A DNA stretch of 64,000 nucleotides from Nannocystis sp. RBIL2 (GTDB lineage: Bacteria; Myxococcota_A; Polyangia; Nannocystales; Nannocystaceae), in contig NZ_JAPNJW010000001.1 in the NCBI RefSeq assembly GCF_026626745.1, forward strand, positions 588,311 through 652,310, read 5' to 3'. Positions within the stretch are counted from its first letter, which is position 1. Each line of letters opens with the position of its first letter. This document shows positions 17,868 through 28,700 of this stretch, one piece after another. The notes under the pieces are model-generated. The model was not told the DNA's origin. It worked only from the letters and a program-made list of their open reading frames with translations, and ran no database searches. A program made the position numbers and the translations under genes.

Positions 17868-19535
17868 ATGAAACTGTTTGTATGGGGGAGCAGGGGTGCA
17901 TTTGCGACGGTGCTCGTCGCGGCGGGGTGCGGAGACAGCGGCGTCGCGGTCACCACCGACACGGCCACGACCGACACGGCCACGCAGGCGACGACCAGCG
18001 GCGACAGCAGCAGTGAGCCGGCCCCGACCACCGGCGTACCGACCACCGGCGACAGCACGCTCGGCACCGGCGACGCCACTGATTCGACCACCACCACCAC
18101 CGGCGACACCACCACGACCTCGACCACCACCACCTCGGTCGACACCACCGACGCCACCACCACCTCGGTCGACACCACTGATTCGACCAGCACCGGCCCC
18201 GCCCCGTTCTGCGGCGACGGCGACGTCGACGACGGCGAGGCCTGCGACGACGGTCCGGCCAACGCCGACGACGGCAACTGCACCCTCGCCTGCGCCGAGG
18301 CCGTGTGCGGCGACGGCCTCGTCCACGCCGGAGTCGAGGCCTGCGACGACGCCAACGACGACGACGACGACGCCTGCAGCAACACCTGCGCCCTCGCCAC
18401 CTGCGGCGACGGAGCGGTCCAGAACGGCGAGGCCTGCGACGACGGCAACGCCGACGACACCGACGCCTGCCTCTCCACCTGTCTCGCCGCCAGCTGCGGC
18501 GACGGCCACGTCCAGGCCGGCGTCGAGCAGTGCGACGACGGCAACGCCGACGACACCGACGCCTGCCTCTCCACCTGCCAGGCCGCCAGCTGCGGCGACG
18601 GCCACGTGCAGGACGGCGTCGAGGCATGCGACGACGGCAACCCCGACGACGGCGACGCCTGCCTCTCCACCTGCCAGGCCGCCATCTGCGGCGACGGCCA
18701 CGTGCAGGCCGGCGTCGAGCAATGCGACGACGCCGACGCCGACGACAGCGACGCCTGCCTCGCCGATTGCAAGGCCGCCACCTGCGGCGACGGCGTCATC
18801 CACGTCGGCGTCGAGCAGTGCGACGACGGCAACGACATCGACGGCGACGGCTGCACCAGCGCCTGCACCGTCCCGACGACCTGCGAGGACCTGCAAGCGG
18901 CCGTGCCGATGCTGCCGAGCGGCGTCTACGTCGTCGACCCCGACGGCGTCGGTGTCCAGGCCGGCTACCCCGTCTTCTGCGACATGGTCACCGCCGGCGG
19001 CGGCTGGACCTTGCTCGAGCGCAGCCCGCTCGGCGCCCAGACCATCGGCAAGGCGCTCTACAACGACCTCCCCATCAACCCCGCCGACCCCGCCAACGCC
19101 CGCCATCGCCTGTCCAAGGCGCAGATGACCGTCCTGCGCGACCTCTCGGCAGACATGCGCATCGACTGCCGCGGCGACGACTATCTGCTGACCGCTGCCG
19201 GCAACCTGTTCAATGGTCAAGGCGGACCGAACAGCTGCTTCAATTGGTCGCAGGTGCTCTACAAGGAGGCCCGCCTCAAGGGCAACTTCGTGCAGAACAA
19301 GACCATCTGCACCTGGCACGTCGGCACCTCCGAGGGCTGCGCCGGCGCCTGGCACATCGACGAGGTGGCCCAGAACCAGTACGGCTGCGGCCTCGTCAAC
19401 TACCCGTGGAAGGGCGCCGCGGTCGTCAGCCCCTCCGCCGACACCTTCGCCACCGACCCCAACACCCTCGACGCGGTAGGCCCGATCCACGACTGTCACA
19501 AGCCCGGCGCCGCCCGCTGGCTGATGGTCCGCTGA
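17868..19535 (+). CDS. lipoprotein with 7 Myxococcus cysteine-rich repeats and a C-terminal fibrinogen-related-like domain
   Basis: Lipobox LVAAGCGD. Seven tandem CGDGxVxxGxEACDDGNxDDxDACxxxC repeats are present. The C-terminal domain contains [21 protein letters not shown], resembling the fibrinogen-related domain (FReD) CDM-TDGGGWTV motif. Confidence 0.75.
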   Translation: MKLFVWGSRGAFATVLVAAGCGDSGVAVTTDTATTDTATQATTSGDSSSEPAPTTGVPTTGDSTLGTGDATDSTTTTTGDTTTTSTTTTSVDTTDATTTSVDTTDSTSTGPAPFCGDGDVDDGEACDDGPANADDGNCTLACAEAVCGDGLVHAGVEACDDANDDDDDACSNTCALATCGDGAVQNGEACDDGNADDTDACLSTCLAASCGDGHVQAGVEQCDDGNADDTDACLSTCQAASCGDGHVQDGVEACDDGNPDDGDACLSTCQAAICGDGHVQAGVEQCDDADADDSDACLADCKAATCGDGVIHVGVEQCDDGNDIDGDGCTSACTVPTTCEDLQAAVPMLPSGVYVVDPDGVGVQAGYPVFCDMVTAGGGWTLLERSPLGAQTIGKALYNDLPINPADPANARHRLSKAQMTVLRDLSADMRIDCRGDDYLLTAAGNLFNGQGGPNSCFNWSQVLYKEARLKGNFVQNKTICTWHVGTSEGCAGAWHIDEVAQNQYGCGLVNYPWKGAAVVSPSADTFATDPNTLDAVGPIHDCHKPGAARWLMVR

Positions 19536-20538
19536 TCGCCGGGTTTCCTGCCGAACGCCGTACCACGCGGCGTTCGGCCGGTCTCCTCAATGGGCCTCGC
19601 GCCGCCCCCACGCCCCGTCACATCGATCACACATTCGTAGCCGGCGGTGCCCATTGCGAATGGGGCCTCACGGTCGAGGTCGGCGCTCCTCGCCCGATTC
19701 CAATGATAGCCTGTCGCCCTCGCCCTCCGGGTCAGTCGGCCCGCACTCGCGGCGCCGCAGCCGACCCTCGACCACGCGCCCGGCCCGCAGGCCCATCGGC
19801 GGGGCGCGCGCCGCGTCCGCCTCGCGAATGCGCACCCGGCCCTCCGGCCGAGTCGCGGCGCCGCGCCCGGCTCGCCCTCGTCCGCGTTTCGTCGGACCTG
19901 GCCGCGACCTTAACAAAGGAGTTCGCCACCGCCGCGGGAACAGCGTACTGACCGCGCCCACGCGCCCTGGCGCGGCATTGCGCGTCGATGCGACAGTGCC
20001 GACCCGCGCCGTCGCATCGCGCGAGCGGTGCATTTGCCGCGCGGACACAATGGCCATTGCCAGCCCGCGGGCCGCGTGCGGGCCCGCGCGGCGCGGGAAT
20101 CGGCACAGACCGCCGTCACGCCTTTCCGAACCCTCCCGCGTCGTCGCCAACCATGTGCATTTCGCCTGCGCTGCGAATCAGCCGCTGATCGGAATCGCCA
20201 CTTCCTGCGCTCGTCGGGCCCTCCGCCCACATCGCGGCACCGGTAGCGAATAGAACACGCATCATTTCCCCGCATGGCAGTTCGGGGCTCGCTTCGAATC
20301 GCGCGACCCGGCGCAGCGTGGTTTTCCTGGCCCTCCGCGCGCTGGGTCGCGCATTCCTCAGTCACGAATGCATCGTTTAATTAATCTTCGTTCCCCGAAA
20401 TTGTCTTGACGCCTCGCGATGACGGAGCGTAACCTCCGCCCGCGAGCTCGAACCGCGAAGGGCCGAATTTCGCCGACACGGCCCCCTGTCGAGCAGAATT
20501 GGAAAACGGCAGCAGAGCTGTCGGTGAAAAGGATAGTC

Positions 20539-21936
20539 ATGTCGATCGCAGGAAAGCCGGGAAATGATCAGCAGACCAGCCTCTCGACGGCTGCAGCGCG
20601 CCAGCTCGCCACGACGACGAAGTCCCCGCCGCAGATGCAGGGAATCTCGTCCCGCTGGCTGCTCAAATTGTTGCCCTGGGTGCACGTCAACGGCGTCTTC
20701 CGCCTCAATCGTCGCCTGAGCTACGCCGTCGGCGACGGCCGCGTCACCTTCTACAACACCGGCGCCAAGATCCAGGTCGTGCCGCTGGAGCTGACCGAGC
20801 TGCCGCTGTTCCGCGGCTACGAGGACCTCGAGGTGCTCAATGTGCTCGCCGGCCGCTTCGTGCAGAAGGAGTTCAAGGCGGGCGACGTGCTGACGCAGAA
20901 GGGCAACGAGGCCAACGAGATGGTCCTCATCGCCCATGGCAAGGTCAACAAGATCGGCACCGGCAAGTACGGCGACGAGAGCGTCCTGGAGACCCTGGCC
21001 GACGGTGATCATTACTCGTACCAGGCGATCCTCGAGTCGCAGGACTACTGGGATTTCACCGCCAAGGCAGTGACCGCCGGCAGCGTCCTGACGCTGTCGC
21101 AGGCGTCCTTCGAGGAGCTGGTCGCCCAGCACCCGTCGCTGCGCAAGCACGTCGACGAGTTCAAGGCGCGCTCGCAGAAGAAGCAGGACAACAGCGGCCA
21201 GGCCGCGATCGAGGTCGCCTCCGGCCACTCGGGCGAGCCCGTGCTGCCCGGCACCTTCGTCGACTACGAGACCTCCCCGCGGGAGTTCGAGCTCAGCGTC
21301 GCCCAGACCGTCCTGCAGGTCCACACGCGCGTGGCCGACCTGTTCAACGACCCGATGAATCAGACGCAGGAGCAGCTGCGCCTGACCGTCGAGGCGCTGA
21401 AGGAGCGCCAGGAGCACGAGCTCATCAACAACCACGAGTTCGGCCTGCTGCACAACGCCGACCTCAAGCAGCGGATTCACACCCGCAGCGGCCCGCCGAC
21501 GCCGGACGACATGGACAACCTGCTGGCGCTGGTGTGGAAGGAGCCGGCCTTCTTCCTCGCCCACCCGCGGACCATCGCGGCGTTCGGCCACGAGTGCAAC
21601 CGCGCGGGCATCTACCCGACGCCGATCGACCTGGGCGGCCATCACGTCCCGTCGTGGCGCGGCGTGCCGATCTTCCCCTGCAACAAGATCCCGATCTCCG
21701 ACACGCGCACCACCTCGATCCTGCTGATGCGCGTCGGCGAGAAGAACCAGGGCGTCATCGGCCTGCACCACAAGGGCATCCCCGACGAGATCGAGCCGAG
21801 CCTGTCGGTGCGCTTCATGGGCATCAACGAGAAGGCGGTCATCTCGTACCTGGTCAGCCTCTACTACTCGGCCGCCGTCCAGATCCCGGACGCGCTCGGC
21901 ATCCTCGAGAGCGTCGAGATCGGCCGCGCCGACTGA
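20539..21936 (+). CDS. family 2B encapsulin shell protein with inserted cNMP-binding domain (Cnb-like), paralog 1
   Basis: An AAGGA RBS lies 7 bp upstream. A CAP-like cNMP-binding domain is present ([46 protein letters not shown]). It is about 60% identical to the next gene. The gene sits immediately upstream of a GPP-methyltransferase / terpene-cyclase pair, as in cnb-mibS-gppmt operons. Confidence 0.7.
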   Translation: MSIAGKPGNDQQTSLSTAAARQLATTTKSPPQMQGISSRWLLKLLPWVHVNGVFRLNRRLSYAVGDGRVTFYNTGAKIQVVPLELTELPLFRGYEDLEVLNVLAGRFVQKEFKAGDVLTQKGNEANEMVLIAHGKVNKIGTGKYGDESVLETLADGDHYSYQAILESQDYWDFTAKAVTAGSVLTLSQASFEELVAQHPSLRKHVDEFKARSQKKQDNSGQAAIEVASGHSGEPVLPGTFVDYETSPREFELSVAQTVLQVHTRVADLFNDPMNQTQEQLRLTVEALKERQEHELINNHEFGLLHNADLKQRIHTRSGPPTPDDMDNLLALVWKEPAFFLAHPRTIAAFGHECNRAGIYPTPIDLGGHHVPSWRGVPIFPCNKIPISDTRTTSILLMRVGEKNQGVIGLHHKGIPDEIEPSLSVRFMGINEKAVISYLVSLYYSAAVQIPDALGILESVEIGRAD

Positions 21937-22017
21937 GGCCCTCGTCGCACCCATCGGCGCTCCGGTCCTCGCGGCCCGGGGCGCCTCCGTCCGTGATGCC
22001 AGCCTGGAGACGTTGAC

Positions 22018-23421
22018 ATGTCGATTTTCGAGAAGTCCGGCCGTGATGGCGACGGACAGCAGCCGATGAGCCTCGGGACCCGAGCCGCGCGGCAGCTGGC
22101 GACGACCACCAAGACCCCGCCGCAGAACCAGGGGCGCACGCCTCGCTGGCTGTTGCGCTCGCTGCCCTGGGTCGACGTCACCGGTGGCACGTTCCGCGTC
22201 AATCGCCGCATGAACGTCGCGGTCGGGGACGGGCGGATCGAATTTACCAACATCGGCGCCAAGGCTCAGGTGATCCCGGCCGAGCTCACCGAGCTGCCGC
22301 TCCTGCGCGGATTCGCCGACGACGAGGTGCTCTCGCACCTCGCCAGCCGGTTCGTGCAGTCCGAGTTCAAGCCGGGCCAGCTCATCGCCGAGCGCGGCAA
22401 GCCGGCCGACCACGTGTACCTGCTGGTCCACGGCAAGGCCAACAAGCTCGGCGAGGGCCCCTACGGCGACGAGATCATGCTCGAGGTGATCGCCGACGGC
22501 GCGCACTTCGGCGATCACGCGCTCGTGCAGGACGACGACGCCTGGGACTACAGCGTCAAGGCGGTCACGCCGTGCATCGTCCTCGCGCTGCCGCAGACCG
22601 TGTTCGAGGAGCTGATCGGCCGCTCGGCCGCCCTGCGCGCGCACGTCGAGCGCTACAAGGAGCTGCTGAAGACCCCGCAGGACAAGCACGGCCAGGCGGC
22701 CATCCGCTTGACCGCGGGCCACCACGGCGAGGTCACCCTGCCGGGCACCTTCGTCGATTACGAGGCCTCGCCGCGCGAGTACGAATTGAGCCTCGCGCAG
22801 ACCATCCTGCAGCTCCATTCGCGGGTGTCGGATCTGTTCAACGATCCGATGGACCAGCTCGAGGAGCAGCTGCGCCTGACCATCGACGCCCTGCGCGAGC
22901 GGCAGGAGCACGAGCTCGTCAACAACCGCGACTTCGGCCTCCTTCACAACGCCGACTACAAGCAGCGGATCAACACCCGCAGCGGCCCGCCGACGCCCGA
23001 CGACATGGACGAGCTGCTGTGCCGGCGCCGCAAGACCCGGTTCTTCCTGGCCCACCCGCGGACGATCGCCGCCTTCCGCCGCGAGTGCACCCGCCGCCGG
23101 CTCGATCCGCCGAACGTCGAATACGAGGGGTCCATCGTCGCCGGCTGGCGCGGCGTGCCGATCCTGCCGTGCGACAAGATTCCGATCTCCGAGACGCAGA
23201 CCAGCTCGATCCTCGCCATGCGCGTCGGCCAGGACGCGCAGGGCGTCATCGGCCTGTATCGCAGCGGCCTCCCCGACGAGCGCGAACCCGGCCTGTCCGT
23301 CCGCAGGATGGGCACCAACGAGAAGGCCGTCGCCTCGTACCTCGTCAGCACGTATTACTCCGCAGCGGTCCTGATCCCGGACGCGCTCGGGATCCTGGAA
23401 AACATCGAGATCGGGCGCTGA
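22018..23421 (+). CDS. family 2B encapsulin shell protein with inserted cNMP-binding domain, paralog 2
   Basis: Collinear homology with 20539-21936 ([34 protein letters not shown]). Contains a cNMP-binding domain. Confidence 0.7.
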   Translation: MSIFEKSGRDGDGQQPMSLGTRAARQLATTTKTPPQNQGRTPRWLLRSLPWVDVTGGTFRVNRRMNVAVGDGRIEFTNIGAKAQVIPAELTELPLLRGFADDEVLSHLASRFVQSEFKPGQLIAERGKPADHVYLLVHGKANKLGEGPYGDEIMLEVIADGAHFGDHALVQDDDAWDYSVKAVTPCIVLALPQTVFEELIGRSAALRAHVERYKELLKTPQDKHGQAAIRLTAGHHGEVTLPGTFVDYEASPREYELSLAQTILQLHSRVSDLFNDPMDQLEEQLRLTIDALRERQEHELVNNRDFGLLHNADYKQRINTRSGPPTPDDMDELLCRRRKTRFFLAHPRTIAAFRRECTRRRLDPPNVEYEGSIVAGWRGVPILPCDKIPISETQTSSILAMRVGQDAQGVIGLYRSGLPDEREPGLSVRRMGTNEKAVASYLVSTYYSAAVLIPDALGILENIEIGR

Positions 23422-23475
23422 GCGCCCCCGCCGAGCGAGGCGCCACCTTGGGGCGCCTCGTCACAGTGCAACGAA

Positions 23476-24332
23476 AGAGAACCAACGATCACGAACACGC
23501 CCACCACGGCCAATAGCGTCCTGCGCAGCGAATACCAGAAGTCGGTCGCCAACTACTGGAACACCAACCAGAACGACCCCGTCAATCTTCTGCTCGGCCA
23601 CGTCGACGGCTACTACCACCACCACTACGGAATCGGCGCCGTCAATTGGTCGGTGCTGGAGCAGCCCGAGGCCACGCGCGACGACGCCATCATCCGCGAG
23701 CTGCACCGCCTCGAGCACGCGCAGGCGGAGCATCTGCTCAAGAAGCTCGGCCCGATCAAGCCCGAGAGCCGCCTGCTCGACGCCGGCTCCGGCCGCGGCG
23801 GCACCAGCCTCATGGCCCACGAGCGCTTCAAGTGCCAGGTCGACGGCGTGTCGATCTCGGAGTACCAGGTCGGCTTCGCCAACGAGCAGGCCGCCAAGCG
23901 CGGGTACACCGACAAGCTGAAGTACCACTTCCGCAACATGCTCGACACCGGCTTCGAGACCGGCTCGATAGACGCCATCTGGACCAACGAGACCACGATG
24001 TACGTCGACCTGTACAAGCTGTACGGCGAGTTCTCGCGGCTGCTGAAGGACGGCGGGCGCTACGTCTGCATCACCGGCTGCTACAACGACATCACCGGCG
24101 CGACGCCCAGTACATCTGCAACATCCACCCGCGCAGCGAGTACTTCGAGGCGATGGCGGCCAACAACCTCGTCCCGATCGAGGTCACCGACCTGACCCCC
24201 GACACGATCCCGTACTGGGAGCTCCGGACCCGCTGCTCGGTCGCCACCGGCGTCGAGGATCCGTTCCTGCGGGCCTACAAGGAGGGCAGCTTCCACTACC
24301 TCCTCATCGTCGCGGACCGCATCGTCCGCTGA
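23476..24332 (+). pseudogene. geranyl diphosphate 2-C-methyltransferase (SAM-dependent), apparently frameshifted and lacking a canonical start
   Basis: SAM motif I is LLDAGSGRGGTS, and GHVDGYYHHHYGIGAV...ELHRLEHAQAE is conserved. The reading frame switches near 24100-24116 between CYNDITGA and QYICNIHPRSEYFEAMAANNLVPIEVTDLTPDTIPYWELR, across ORFs 23653-24195 and 23646-24332. There is no ATG/GTG/TTG between the upstream stop at 23421 and the conserved N-terminal region. Confidence 0.55.
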
Positions 24333-24425
24333 CCATGACGGCGCCGGCCGGGGGTATGATCATACCTGCCGGCCGCTGCGATTTTCGCCGCCGCTCCTCG
24401 GCGGCCGCTGCAACAGAGGCGAGCG

Positions 24426-25573
24426 ATGACTGAGGCCAAGCGCACGACGGACCCGAACGATGTATCCGCCCTCCTCGCCGGACCGACCGGCCTGGGGACG
24501 CACGCCGCTCGCCTCGCGCAGCTGCTGAATCGGGCCGCGCCGGCGTTCTCGACCCGCCGCAGCCGGCCCTCGATCCCGCGTACGCCTGGCGGCGCTGGGG
24601 CGACGGCAGCGGGTCGTCGCTGTACTGCCCGATCACCGAGCGCATCAACGAGCCGCTGGCCGACGAGGTCGACGAGCGGCTCGCGGTCTGGGCCAAGGAC
24701 TGCGGCTTCGACGACGACGAGATCGTCAAGATCCGCAAGACCCGGTTCGGGCGGCTGGTGATGCTCACCCACGCCGATTGCGACGATCCGGACCGGCTGC
24801 TCATCGGCGCCAAGATGAACGCCGCGTGGTGGGCCGCCGACGACTACTACGCCGACGACAGCGCGCTCGGGGCGGTGCCGGAGCAGCTGCCGCCGCGCCT
24901 CGTCCTGGCGATGGCCGCCATGGATCCGCTGCCGCGCGCCGGCGAGTTCAGCGTCCCGCTCGAGCAAGCGATCGAGGCCGAGCGCGTGCTCGTCGCCCTG
25001 CGCTCGGGCCTCGAGCACATGGGCCGCTACGCCACGCACGAGCAGGTCCAGCGCACCTGCTACTCGACCTTCGCCATGTTCGTGTCGTGGAGCGCCTACG
25101 CGGCGTGGCGCCACACCGGCGAGTACCCGCCTGCCTGGAACTACCTGGCCGCGCGCCAGCACGACAGCTTTTACACCTCGATGACGCTGTGCGACGTCAT
25201 CGGCGGCTACCGCCTGCCCCCCGAGCTCTTCTACGACGCGCGGATCCGCCGCGCCGCGTTCCTGGCCGGCACGACGGTCGTCCTCGTCAACGACCTCTAC
25301 TCGGTGGCCAAGGACCTCGAGGACGCGAAGCCGCCGTGCAACATGGTCCTGCAGGTCGCGGCCGATCGCGGCTGCTCGATCGACGAGGCGACCGAGGTCA
25401 CCGTCCAGCTCCACAACGACCTCGTCCGCGACTTCGAGGCCAGCCACCGCGAGCTGCAGGCCGTCCCCAGCGTCGAGCTGCAGCGGTTCCTGCGCGCCCT
25501 GCGGGCGTGGATGGGCGGCGCGTTCGAGTGGCACGACAGCAACCCGCGCTACAAGACCGGCCGCAAGCCGTAG
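24426..25573 (+). CDS. class I terpene cyclase, 2-methylisoborneol-synthase-like (N-terminal region shows an apparent frameshift near 24540)
   Basis: Metal-binding motifs are DDYYADD and the NSE triad NDLYSVAKDLED. The conserved upstream helices (LYCPITERINEPLADEVDERLAVWAKDCG...FGRLVMLTHADCDD) are in frame with the body. They lack an in-frame start before the ATG at 24758. The only upstream ATG (24426) is in another frame. Confidence 0.6.
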
Positions 25574-25736
25574 GCCCTGCGCGCGTGCGCTGAATCGCCG
25601 CGCCGCGCGAGTGAGGAACAAGGGCGCCCCGCCCGCGCGCGCTCGGCATTCACGCCGCGCGGTCGATCACTACATTCACGGCTGGGCTCGCTGGCGGCGC
25701 TGCTTGCATGTGCAGCCATCTCGGCCATCTTCAGGC

Positions 25737-28700
25737 GTGACCGGCGATCCGCTCGCGTTCCTCCACCCGGCCGCCCGGGCGTGGTTCGAGGCCTGCTTTG
25801 ACGCGCCGACTTCCGCGCAGGTAGCAGGCTGGCCGGCGATCGAGGCCGGCGAATCGACGCTGCTGCTGGCGCCCACCGGCTCGGGCAAGACGCTGGCGGC
25901 GTTCCTCGGCGCGATCAACCGCGTCATGTTCGCGCCGGTGCCGCCGTCGGCGGAGCGCTGCCGCGTGGTCTACGTCTCGCCGATCAAGGCGCTCGGGGTC
26001 GACGTCGAGCAGAACCTGCGCTCGCCGCTGGCCGGCATCGCCGCGACCGCGGACCGGCTCGGCATGACCGTCCACACGCCGACTGTGGCGATCCGCAGCG
26101 GCGACACCCCGCAAAAGGCGCGTGCGCACATGCAGCGCCACCCGCCCGACATTCTCATCACCACGCCCGAATCGCTGTACATGCTGCTCACCAGCGAATC
26201 GCGGGCGATGCTGCGATCGGTCGACACCGTGATCGTCGACGAGATCCACAGCCTCGTCGCCAGCAAGCGCGGCAGCCACCTCGCCCTCTCGCTCGAGCGC
26301 CTCGAGTGGCTCCGCGCCGGCGCGGAGCCGCTGCAGCGGATCGGCCTGTCCGCGACCCAGCGCCCGCTCACCGAAGTGGCGCGCTTCCTCGGCGGCTCGG
26401 TCGTCGACGGCGACGCGATCGCGCCGCGGCCAGTGACGATCGTCGACGCCGGCCAGGTCAAGCAGCTCGACCTGCGGATCGAGATGCCCGTCGAGGAGCC
26501 CGGCGCGAGCATCGAGGACGTCCCGCCGGCCGCGAACGAGGGGCCGACCGCGATCTCGGGGCTCCCGCGCTCCAACCTCACCGCCCTGCACCCGCGCCTC
26601 GTCGAGCTGATCCGCGCCCACCGCTCGACCATGCTGTTCGTCAACAGCCGCCGCCTCGCCGAGCGGCTCGCTGCGGCGCTCAACGAGGTCGCGGGCGAGC
26701 CGCTGGCGCTCGCGCACCACGGCTCGATGGCCAAGGACGTGCGCGCCGGGGTCGAGGAGCAGCTCAAGCGCGGCACCTTGCCGGCGATCGTCGCCACCTC
26801 CTCGCTCGAGCTCGGCATCGACATGGGCGCGGTCGACCTCGTGATCCAGCTGGCCTCGCCGCCGTCGATCGCCGCCGGCATGCAGCGCGTCGGCCGGGCC
26901 AACCACCACGTCGGCGGGCGCTCGCGCGGCGTCATCATCCCCAAGTTCCGCGGCGACCTGCTGCCGTGCGCCGCGGCGGCGCGGGCGATGCTCGCCGGCG
27001 AGGTCGAGTCGTCGCGTTACCCTCGCAACCCGCTCGACATCCTCGCCCAGCAGGTCGTCGCCGCGGTGGCGATGGACGACTGGGCCGCCGAGGCGCTGTA
27101 CGACAAGCTGCGCGCCGCCGCCCCGTACGCCGAGCTGCCGCGCGACGCCTTCGAGGGCGTGCTCGACATGCTCAGCGGCCGCTACCCGAGCGAGGACTTC
27201 GCCGACCTGCGCCCGCGCGTCAACTACGACCGCGTCACCGGTCAGCTGTCGGCGCGCCACGGCGCCCGCCGGGTGGCGATCGGCAACGCCGGCAGCATCC
27301 CCGACCGCGGCCTGTTCGGCGTGTTCCTCGCCGGCAGCGGCGAGGGCGGCCGCCGCGTCGGCGAGCTCGACGAGGAGATGGTGTTCGAGTCGCGGATCGG
27401 CGACGTATTCGTGCTCGGCGCCTCGTCGTGGCGCATCGAAGAGATCACCCACGACCGCGTGCTCGTCTCGCCAGCCCCGGGCGAGCCCGGCAAGCTGCCG
27501 TTCTGGCGCGGCGACGGCCCCGGGCGCCCGCTCGAGTTCGGCCAGGCGATCGGCGCCCTGATCCGCGAGCTCGGAGCGCTGTCCGACGCCGACGCCGAGG
27601 CCCGCCTCGTCCAGCAGCACTGCCTCGATCCGGCCGCGGCCCGCAGCCTCCTGCAGTACGTGCGCGAGGAGCAGGAAGCAGCCAAGACCTTGCCGACCGA
27701 TCGCACGATCGTCGTCGAGCGCTTCCGCGACGAGATCGGCGACTGGCGCGTCTGCATCCTCTCGCCGTTCGGCGCCGCCGTGCACGCCCCGTGGGCGATG
27801 GCGGTGCGCAGCGCCCTGCTCGAGCGCTACGCCGCCGAGCTCGACGTCGTCTGGTCCGACGACGGCATCGTGTTCCGCCTGCCCGAGGCCGAGCGCGCGC
27901 CCGACCCGACGCAATTCTTCCCGCGCGCCGACGAGCTCGAGGACCGCGTGGTCGCGCGCCTCGCCGAGACCTCGCTGTTCGCCACCCGCTTCCGCGAGAA
28001 CGCCGGACGGGCGCTGCTGCTGGTCAAGCGCCGACCCGGCCAGCGCACCCCGCTGTGGGCGATGCGGCGCAAGTCGGCCGACCTGCTGGCCGCCGCCTCG
28101 CGCTTCCGCGACTTCCCGGTCGTGCTCGAGACCTACCGCGAGTGCCTGAAGGACGTGTTCGACCTGCCCGGCTGCGTCGACCTGCTGCGCCGCGTCGAGC
28201 AGCGCGCGATCAAGGTCGTCGACGTCGAGACGCGCAGCCCGAGCCCGTTCGCCGCGGCCCTGCTGTTCAACTACGTCGGCAACTTCATGTACGAGGGCGA
28301 CGCCCCGCTGGCCGAGCGGCGCGCCCAGGCCCTGACGATCGACCACGCGCGTCTCAAGGCGCTGCTCGGCGAGGCCGCCCTGCGCGACCTGCTCGACGCC
28401 GACGCGATCGCCGAGCTCGAGGCGACCCTGCAGCGGCGCGCTCGCAAGCTCAACCACCCCGACGAGATCCACGACCTGCTGCTCGCGCTCGGCGATCAAG
28501 AGCGCGACGACCTCGTCGCCCGCGCCGGCGTCGCCGAGGACGAGATCGATCGCTGGCTGGCCGAGCTCACGCACACCCGCCGGATCGTCAGGGTCAAGCT
28601 CGGCGGTCGCTGGCGCTACATCGCCGCCGAGGACGCCGGCCGCTACCGCGACGCGCTCGGCGTCGTCTCGCCGCCGGGCCTGCCGGCAGTGTTCCTCGAG

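Noticed and set aside
19536-20420. ORFs in the encapsulin upstream region (19654-20253 +, 19910-20365 -).
   Set aside because: Arg-rich artefactual translations. No start-context or RBS support.
20480-20510. Possible sigma-54 (-24/-12) promoter TGGAAAACGGCAGCA upstream of the first encapsulin gene.
   Set aside because: The GG and GC elements are one nucleotide off the canonical spacing and the -12 region is poor, so it is not called.
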